Below are positions 57,633-64,000 of a stretch of DNA of 64,000 bases, one piece after another (position 1 is the stretch's first letter; each line of letters opens with the position of its first letter). Source of the DNA: an uncultured archaeon (GTDB lineage Archaea > Aenigmatarchaeota > Aenigmatarchaeia > CG10238-14 > SCSR01); contig CAYJVM010000001.1 in NCBI GenBank assembly GCA_964373665.1, forward strand, positions 93,325 to 157,324, given 5' to 3'. The translations under genes and the position numbers were made by a program. Below the pieces are notes generated by a model that was given only the letters and a program-made list of their open reading frames with translations, searched no databases and was not told the origin of the DNA.

Positions 57633-58253
57633 CTAAAATCCTACATTTTCCTTGATTAAAATCATGGTAATTCTTCCCGGCCTTTCTTTGTTTATCACCA
57701 GCAGCTTGCTGACAAAACTTCCCGGAACTCCGTACGCTTTCTTGGCGCGTTCGCTTTCTAGAGGCAATGAATGTTCGTAAATTCTCTCAAGCCCTTCTTC
57801 AAAAGTCTTAACTATCTTGTTCGTGCCTACAATCCAAATTACATTTCCCGCACAGTAGGCATAAGCCGGCAACTGACTTCCAGAATTGGATGCAACCAGT
57901 ACTTTGCCATCTTGTGTAACTGCGTGCACGCTCCCAATAACCCATTGAGGTGCAGCACCTAACTGATTCATTTCCTGCCATTGCTTGCTTCTATCCATTT
58001 TCATTAATTTCTTACGAACAGGATTGAATCTATCTGAATTGTTTATCTCGTTAGTTATACCTGTCTCATCCAGAGTAACGGAAGTCATGTTCATTACCTC
58101 AGCGCCTTTGGGCATCATTTCCAAGACTTTCTTCCTTGCATCTTCCCTGCTGTTAACAACTACAGCCTCTATTCCATTACTTTTCAATGCATTGATCGTC
58201 TTTTCAATTTCCTTATCAGTTGCTAATTTCTCCCATTTTGTCATAACAAACAC
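57633..58253 (-). CDS. LUD-domain (LutC/YkgG-like) protein
   Basis: Length and conserved Gly/Ser blocks match lactate-utilisation LUD-domain proteins. Confidence 0.45.
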   Translation of the reverse strand: MFVMTKWEKLATDKEIEKTINALKSNGIEAVVVNSREDARKKVLEMMPKGAEVMNMTSVTLDETGITNEINNSDRFNPVRKKLMKMDRSKQWQEMNQLGAAPQWVIGSVHAVTQDGKVLVASNSGSQLPAYAYCAGNVIWIVGTNKIVKTFEEGLERIYEHSLPLESERAKKAYGVPGSFVSKLLVINKERPGRITMILIKENVGF

Positions 58254-58274
58254 GTGATAAAAGGAAAGAAGAGT

Positions 58275-58463
58275 TTAGTTGCTCTTCAATTCTTTCAATC
58301 TTTCAGCAACGCCTTTGGCTTGCTTTTCCAAATAATCATTGTATTCTTCAAGCATCTCTATCTTCTCACCTTTAGTAAGGAAACCTCGCGCCCCGAATCC
58401 ACCAAATCCGCACATCACATTGCCACCTCCTTTATATCGCATACCCGATATTTGGAAATTCAA
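58275..58463 (-). CDS. small protein divergent from PadR (DUF5320-like)
   Basis: A 62-aa protein with a Gly-rich N-terminus and a coiled-coil C-terminus, transcribed divergently from the PadR regulator. Confidence 0.3.
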   Translation of the reverse strand: MNFQISGMRYKGGGNVMCGFGGFGARGFLTKGEKIEMLEEYNDYLEKQAKGVAERLKELKSN

Positions 58464-58526
58464 GTATTTAAATATATCGGATGTCCAATATTTAGTATGG
58501 GAAAGAAATACGACTATGACTGCGAC

Positions 58527-58805
58527 ATGAGGGGTATGCTGTCGTTCTTGATACTTTTCCTATTGTCGAAAAAACATATGCACGGGCAGCAATTAGCGGT
58601 TGAAATAGGGCGAAGGAAGGGGGACAAGCCGAGTCCTGGGACAATATATCCGGCCCTGAAAAGCTTGAAAGAGGCGGGATTGATCGAAGAAAACAAATCT
58701 GGAAAGACTATAACCTACAGGCTGACCGTAAGGGGAAAAGGTTCTCTAGGCATCGCAAAGAAAAGATTCTGCCAGACTTTTGTCGGGGTTTTCGAGTCGC
58801 GCTAA
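58527..58805 (+). CDS. PadR-family transcriptional regulator
   Basis: MRGMLSFLILFLLSKKHMHGQQLAVEI...GTIYPALKSLKEAGLIEE is a classic PadR sequence. The start was set at an internal ATG. Confidence 0.7.
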   Translation: MRGMLSFLILFLLSKKHMHGQQLAVEIGRRKGDKPSPGTIYPALKSLKEAGLIEENKSGKTITYRLTVRGKGSLGIAKKRFCQTFVGVFESR

Positions 58806-58806
58806 T

Positions 58807-59097
58807 TCAGCTTATTTCCAGCTTGACTCCGCCGAACCGCTTTGCTATCAAATTGTAGCTTAGTGCTGACACCAAGCCGAACAAAAATCCTAACGCCCCA
58901 TAGAATACAGGCAGGAACAACAACGCCGCAGGGCCGAAGAACAGTGATGGCGTATAACCGTAAGACCCGAAACCAGCTAGTACAAGTAGATTGAATAAAA
59001 TCCCTAAAATCAGCCCAAGAATTGCATATGTGATGCCCATGATTTTGGCAGTGGAAAGCGGGTCAATCTTCTTCAGCATCTTCATCTTCGCTTTCAT
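58807..59097 (-). CDS. small membrane protein
   Basis: Three transmembrane helices in 96 aa. Confidence 0.35.
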   Translation of the reverse strand: MKAKMKMLKKIDPLSTAKIMGITYAILGLILGILFNLLVLAGFGSYGYTPSLFFGPAALLFLPVFYGALGFLFGLVSALSYNLIAKRFGGVKLEIS

Positions 59098-59135
59098 CTA
59101 ATCTATAATAATTTGAAAAAGTTGCTTTATATGCG

Positions 59136-60125
59136 TTATTCTTCTACGATGGACAAATCCGCGACATTATTCCTTTCATCCATTTCATCTATGGAATTTT
59201 CGGGATCCAGAATTATTTGCAGCGTTGTAAAGTCTTCCTCGGCATAAAGGTTGCCGTAAATGATGCTGAGCTTGGCTCCAGGATCAATCGACAACGCTTC
59301 CTCGGTTTTCACAATCTTGTCGCCTGCTTTAATCTGCAAAATTGGGGGCTGTGAAGTCAAAAGACCGTCATTCTCTATTATGATGCTTATGTTCAGCAGA
59401 TAGTATGTCTGGACGAGCCTTTTCACGGTTGATTTGGTCGCATTGACTTGCACTATCCTGAGATCTGGCTTGGCCTCCATGCTATAAACATCATCCAATA
59501 TACTCGCTTCCCTTTCGGAGACCTCTATCGCTTTGCTTGAAGGCACTGTAAGAACAGGGTACATGATGCTGCTGCTATCCTGGGTATGCCTCAATCCAAG
59601 CGCGTGTCCAAGCTCATGCAGAGCCAGGTTTGTCATATCATTGTCATTTAATGCATTCCCTTCGGATCTTAGCAAGAGTTCTATATGCGCATGCCTGATA
59701 ATGCTACCATAGCTTGTGTTGACGAACTCCAGCTCGGTGTCCCCTATGTTGTCCAAAGAATTTTCTTTCAGTATTGTGACCCATTCGACAGTTATGTCTG
59801 CGTTCTTGTCATTGACCTCTGTAAGCTTTACCAATCCACCTGTTGCGTCCTCCCAGTTTTTCATGGCCCGTCTAAAGTCTTGCAGATAACTTGCATCAGA
59901 CCCGTCCAGGGATTCCGCATTTATGTAAACTGTCAGTGGAAAACCCGTCCACCTGGTTGCCGTCGCATTGCCTTCATCGATTTCAGGCAACGTGAAATTC
60001 GCAGGTCGGCTGACCTGCGGAGTCTGTGGAGTGTTCAGATCGACCACAAGTTCCCCTGCCCTATAGCCTATCGCAATTACTATAGCCAATGCAAGGACGC
60101 CAATTAAGGTATTGACAATGCTCAT
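59136..60125 (-). CDS. matrixin-like (M10) zinc metalloprotease with C-terminal CARDB-like domain
   Basis: ALHELGHALGLRH and a Met-turn SIMYP, preceded by an N-terminal transmembrane/signal anchor. Confidence 0.7.
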   Translation of the reverse strand: MSIVNTLIGVLALAIVIAIGYRAGELVVDLNTPQTPQVSRPANFTLPEIDEGNATATRWTGFPLTVYINAESLDGSDASYLQDFRRAMKNWEDATGGLVKLTEVNDKNADITVEWVTILKENSLDNIGDTELEFVNTSYGSIIRHAHIELLLRSEGNALNDNDMTNLALHELGHALGLRHTQDSSSIMYPVLTVPSSKAIEVSEREASILDDVYSMEAKPDLRIVQVNATKSTVKRLVQTYYLLNISIIIENDGLLTSQPPILQIKAGDKIVKTEEALSIDPGAKLSIIYGNLYAEEDFTTLQIILDPENSIDEMDERNNVADLSIVEE

Positions 60126-60158
60126 ACAGATAAATTACGCAAACCCTATAGATATAAT

Positions 60159-60536
60159 ATGGTCAAGCTTCCAGAGCTTAGGAAGGCAAGGGAGGAATTA
60201 AGAAAAAGGGCAGATGATCTCAGGAAGGCAGGGGAAGAAATGGCCAAAAGAAGCCAGGAGCTGCGAAGGCTGGGGGATGAGTTGAGGAAAAGCGCGAGAG
60301 TTAGAGAAGAGATTGTCACATTTAGGAAGGAGTTCCAGAGGAACATGGTTACGTTTTTGACAGGCGCGCTTGCCTTCGTTTTCGCCCTTACATGGAACGA
60401 TTTGATAAAGGAAACTATTATATTTTTCGTGCCGCCGTCCAAGGAATTGTTTTATAGGTATGCGACAGCTATCATCGTGACATTTGTCGTCATATTCGTG
60501 CTTTACATTTTGTCAAAGTTTAAAAGCAAGGATTGA
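60159..60536 (+). CDS. coiled-coil plus transmembrane hypothetical protein
   Basis: A charged helical N-terminus followed by two transmembrane helices. Confidence 0.35.
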   Translation: MVKLPELRKAREELRKRADDLRKAGEEMAKRSQELRRLGDELRKSARVREEIVTFRKEFQRNMVTFLTGALAFVFALTWNDLIKETIIFFVPPSKELFYRYATAIIVTFVVIFVLYILSKFKSKD

Positions 60537-60548
60537 TACTATTTCTTA

Positions 60549-60633
60549 GGGCCCATAGCTCAGCATGGTAGAGCAGCTCGCTCTTAATTTTGGGGTTACG
60601 AGACGGTCAAGGGTTCGAATCCCTTTGGGCCCA
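60549..60633 (+). tRNA. tRNA-Lys(CTT) with ~11-nt intron
   Basis: The acceptor stem is GGGCCCA/TGGGCCC, the D-arm is GCTC-AGCATGGTA-GAGC, the anticodon loop is CTCTTAA, and the T-arm is AAGGG-TTCGAAT-CCCTT. Confidence 0.7.
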
Positions 60634-60752
60634 CTGCCGTTTGGGTTTGAAACCCCTTTAAGGACACTGAATCCGTACTTCGATGGGTCCGGAGACGGAC
60701 CGGCGTCGACAGGGCCAGCATTGGACTCTTCGGTTTCAGCGGAGGGTCTGCC

Positions 60753-61217
60753 GTGTCGGTGCTGGTAGCGGGTACACGTCCAAGCTGGGTGAAGTCTCTG
60801 GTCGTATACACGCTGCCATGCGACCTCTCCGGCTACCTGTGGTATTTCGAAAGGTTCGCTCCTCGCTCGCTGGATCGTTTCTATACGGACGGGAAGGCTT
60901 GGCTCCCTGGTTTGGGGGACTATCTGAAGAGGTCGTTTCTAGACGACCTCTTCAACCACAATATCAAGCGAGAGATTGCGCGCCTAAGGATACCGATGCT
61001 GCTGATTCAGCCAGACAACGATGACGAGGTGCCAAAATGGTGCAGCGACCAAGCGTATGAGCTAAAACCAGAACCGAAGAACTATTTTCTCATCAAAGGG
61101 ACTCATACTATGCATTTGCGTGACGCCTCAGGTGGGCCAACTGGTTGGAACTTTGAACAGGAGGAAGAAGTGACCGGAAAGACGTTGGAGTGGTTCAAGA
61201 CAACGCTCTCAACGTGA
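60753..61217 (+). pseudogene. C-terminal fragment of an alpha/beta-hydrolase (dienelactone-hydrolase/peptidase-like)
   Basis: IPMLLIQPDNDDEVP and KGTHTMHL resemble the catalytic Asp and His blocks. No N-terminal nucleophile-elbow region is present. Confidence 0.4.
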
Positions 61218-61706
61218 GAGATAGACCGACCGTTGAAACTCGAGGACGTCAGACAAACATAGTGAGAATGGGCCGAGGATGGTGTCTACCTCCGTTTCAC
61301 CCAAGGCCATTCTATAGCCGCGCGAGTCATCGATCACGTGTATCCACTCGATGTACGGTACGTAACGAGGCAGGGCTGATCCTACAGCCTGGTACCCGGC
61401 CAATTGGCCACGGATGGTTAGGAGTTTGAGCGGGTTGGACAAGGTGAACTGGATGGCACTCTTAAATTCCCCGGGACGGCCGCCGAGCCGTGTCTGGTCA
61501 CGATATCCCTTTAGGTGGCCGAACAGGAAGTCCTCTCCGGGGAGAAGCGGGTGGGTTGATCCAAGCTGAATTTGGCGTCGATAACCCTCCTCGCTCATAA
61601 CATGCGTGGTTAGCAGCACCGGCTCGCCGTACTTAAACGGGTGCTTCATGAACATGTCGTCCACTGGGGAATAAAACGTCTGTAACAACCCTTCCATAAT
61701 AATCAA
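61209..61706 (-). CDS. hypothetical protein in GC-rich insert
   Basis: An ORF with ~58% GC. Confidence 0.3.
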   Translation of the reverse strand: MIIMEGLLQTFYSPVDDMFMKHPFKYGEPVLLTTHVMSEEGYRRQIQLGSTHPLLPGEDFLFGHLKGYRDQTRLGGRPGEFKSAIQFTLSNPLKLLTIRGQLAGYQAVGSALPRYVPYIEWIHVIDDSRGYRMALGETEVDTILGPFSLCLSDVLEFQRSVYLSR

Positions 61707-61724
61707 ATTATATTGTGCACTTGA

Positions 61725-62045
61725 CTATAAATACATTCCCTCGATAGGAATTACCTCGGTCGCGGGCGGAACGGAGCAATAGCTAACTGCCAAGACATCG
61801 CCAGCGGGCGTTCCGGCGACGAGAGATCGGACTAGATCGACCCGCTCTCCAAACGACCCATTGCCAGAGCAGCGTTCAGGTTCAGCCCCCTCCGTGCAGC
61901 TACCCAGACCACCGATGACGATGACCTTGCGGTCTTGCGCAGGGGCCTGAGTAAGACGTGCTTCCGAAACAAGGGGGAGGTGGAATGAGGATGCTGCCAA
62001 GAATGCTATGAAAAAAAGGGCCGCTCGAACACCGCGCTTCTCCAT
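61725..62045 (-). CDS. signal-peptide-bearing fragment, possibly the 5' part of a disrupted gene
   Basis: A signal peptide and a Cys-rich segment. It is on the same strand as the downstream ORF and in a different frame. Confidence 0.25.
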   Translation of the reverse strand: MEKRGVRAALFFIAFLAASSFHLPLVSEARLTQAPAQDRKVIVIGGLGSCTEGAEPERCSGNGSFGERVDLVRSLVAGTPAGDVLAVSYCSVPPATEVIPIEGMYL

Positions 62046-62090
62046 AGCCTTCCTCCCTGGTGAAATGATGAGATTCCGGGGCTCGATGTA

Positions 62091-62705
62091 CTATAAACCG
62101 AGGGTGAGTATGAAAAAGACCACGTGCGTGGGAAAAATGGGTACCAAGAGTGACAGAAGTGCGACAAGAGTAGCTTGTGGAGCACTTAGGCGGTCCATGA
62201 TAGCAAAACCGCGGTAGCTCAGGCGGAAGGACCACACGAGAGACCCTAGCTGAGCAAGTAACAGAGTCCCCTGAACAATCTCTATGGAAAGTGGACCGCT
62301 AACGGTATTCTCGGACAATGAGAACATGAGAACCGTTATGAAGACCCAATGAAAGACGACGAAGGGGGCTAGGCCGAAAATGACCGCTTGTGCTGTATTT
62401 GCAACCTCAAGTCTGCCCATTGCAAACTTCACGACAAAAGCGACGAGCGTTGCAGTAGCGTAGAGGAACAGTCCGCTGCCCAGCGGGATTAGGGGTACGG
62501 GGGCCCAAGTCTCGTGATGTGCCAAGAACGAGGGACCCGCAATGAGCGTGAACAGTAGAGAGGTTGCGAGCAGCATGCCTGCCAAGTAGATAAATGCGGA
62601 CCTAGTCGATCGGCGCTGTTCAGAGCCTGGGAAAAACCGGGAAAACGCAGCTAAGAGGCGGCCGATATAAGGAGTTTGTTTGGAGGCTAAGGAGGTGGTG
62701 GACAT
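62091..62705 (-). CDS. polytopic membrane protein
   Basis: Five to six transmembrane helices; GC-rich. Confidence 0.35.
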   Translation of the reverse strand: MSTTSLASKQTPYIGRLLAAFSRFFPGSEQRRSTRSAFIYLAGMLLATSLLFTLIAGPSFLAHHETWAPVPLIPLGSGLFLYATATLVAFVVKFAMGRLEVANTAQAVIFGLAPFVVFHWVFITVLMFSLSENTVSGPLSIEIVQGTLLLAQLGSLVWSFRLSYRGFAIMDRLSAPQATLVALLSLLVPIFPTHVVFFILTLGL

Positions 62706-63789
62706 AATACAAGTAGGGTTTCGACAAGCTTAAAGATAAGGGTAGGTTAGCACTATCGGACGTTTGCTGCGGATGTCACCGTGACCAGGAAGGCTCTTCG
62801 TCCTTCGCTTGGTTGATCGTGAGGTTCTGAAGGTTGGCCGCAGCAGCCTGAGCCACACCCCACACTTGATTGCGAATTCCTCTGCGGGGCAAGCGTCCGG
62901 CTCAGACAGGATCAGGCGGCGGGCGAACGGATAGCGATGCAGCCGCTGGCGAGAAAGGGTATTCAGGTGGTAGGCGGCGGGTAAGCACGCATGGTTAAGT
63001 TTCGGGGCTTCTTATAGGGGATAAACGTCGACTAGCCGTCTAGGCCAAGCGAATAGACCAACCCTCGCCTACTGGGGAAACGAATCGCCTGTCTTTGCTC
63101 ACTGAGGCAGCAAGGCAGGCGATCCTCTTCGTGGTTGTGAGAATGCCGCGAGCAATGTTTCGGGCCTGCCGACGAGTGACCGGGTGCCCTATTCGACAAT
63201 TGTAAGCCAGAATCAGGCCAGCCAACTGGTCACTTAGATGTTGATGACAAGTCATAAAAGTACTATGGCTTCCATGATATATATACTTTTCAGGGCCTGT
63301 ACAACGCTCCTGCCTGACTGCAGGATACTTCAATGGTGATCCGTCCAGGCGCAAGAAGAATTGCCCGCTATGGAGGACAGCCCCACTCCTGTCGCGTTCC
63401 CGCTCATCGGTTGAGATTGGCGACCGATAGTGCTTGCCTGGAAGGAAGAAACGTGGGATTCATGGTTCTCGTTCCTTTGCGGTCTCGGGGCGCCGTCGAG
63501 TACGTAGGCCGACAAGAGATGCCGCTGGGAATCAGGCGCTGCCGCGGGTGGGCTGGCTGGCTCTCTATGCCCACTGGGACTTCTGCCGATTATCGACCAA
63601 GAAAGCACTCACCATCTCTGGCTGGCGGCCTCTCGGTTACTTGGTCATCGTCTTCGCGGAGGTCGGACCCATCATAGTCCGATCGGATCGGATGTCAACC
63701 CATCTTCGGTGGGTCGACTGGCCCTTCTCCACGCCGAAGCGGGTCAGATGTGGCGCCGAGCGCGAGATTCAAACCTGTTCCTGTGCCGG

Positions 63790-63803
63790 TCCCTTTGGGC
63801 CCA
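63790..63803 (+). repeat. direct repeat identical to the 3' end of tRNA-Lys (tccctttgggccca)
   Basis: A 14/14 match to 60620-60633. It is preceded by gtgccgg and marks the return to AT-rich sequence. Confidence 0.7.
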
Positions 63804-64000
63804 TCGACCTGGATAATCAAATATCTTTATACAATCTAAATTACTATACATGAGAATTCCTATAAGCATTTTATTTATAATATCCTTTTTGATAATACCC
63901 GTGGCACATGCTGAAGTTGATAGCATACCTTTAACATTCGTTTCCGAAAACTCCAATGGCACACTCTTCAACCTTGGTGAATTAAAAAATTATGAAGTTG

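Noticed and set aside
60596-60811. A 71-aa minus-strand ORF and 60565-60768 plus-strand ORF
   Set aside because: Both overlap tRNA-Lys and the GC-rich start of the insert. Frames that stay open in high-GC DNA are expected by chance.
62700-63780. ORFs 63040-63354, 63330-63608, 63333-63677 and 63434-63853 in the GC-rich tail; a faint transposase-like flavour was considered
   Set aside because: The ORFs overlap one another in several frames, are Arg/Gly/Ser/Pro-rich, and show no DDE or HTH motifs. They are most likely chance ORFs in 60% GC DNA or decayed remnants.

Overview
This looks like a chromosomal segment from an AT-rich archaeon, most likely a Nitrososphaeria (Thaumarchaeota) lineage. 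Three things support that: a eukaryote-type DNA topoisomerase IB, a complete A-type ATP synthase operon (subunits H, I, K, E, C, F, A, B, D), and at least seven tRNA genes, most carrying introns, some at non-canonical positions. Core genes include msrB, pyrH, dcd, metK (bacterial type), ribosomal proteins L10e and L37e, an M24 aminopeptidase and a Rieske ferredoxin. Around them sits a large amount of accessory material: six type II toxin-antitoxin modules, namely two RelE/ParE-type pairs with antitoxins, MazEF, HicBA, VapBC and an orphan Doc; an ArsR-controlled thiol-redox/metal operon with two CcdA/DsbD-like permeases, a heavy-metal-associated (HMA) domain protein and a thioredoxin; and several metalloproteases. 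The features most worth a second look are: (1) a deoxypyrimidine-metabolism cluster with a P-loop kinase, two dCTP-deaminase/dUTPase-fold proteins, an HD phosphohydrolase and a 586-aa protein joining an unknown N-terminal domain to a thymidylate-synthase (ThyA) fold; (2) a GC-enriched operon on the minus strand carrying a mannosyl-3-phosphoglycerate-synthase-like glycosyltransferase, a HAD phosphatase, a 1315-aa protein of unknown function and a GXGXG beta-helix protein; (3) GC-rich inserts at tRNA-Gly and tRNA-Lys, each bounded by 12-16-nt exact copies of the tRNA 3' end and sharing a 'gtgccggtccct' core, which suggests related integrative elements with no integrase left. No CRISPR array and no rRNA gene were found.
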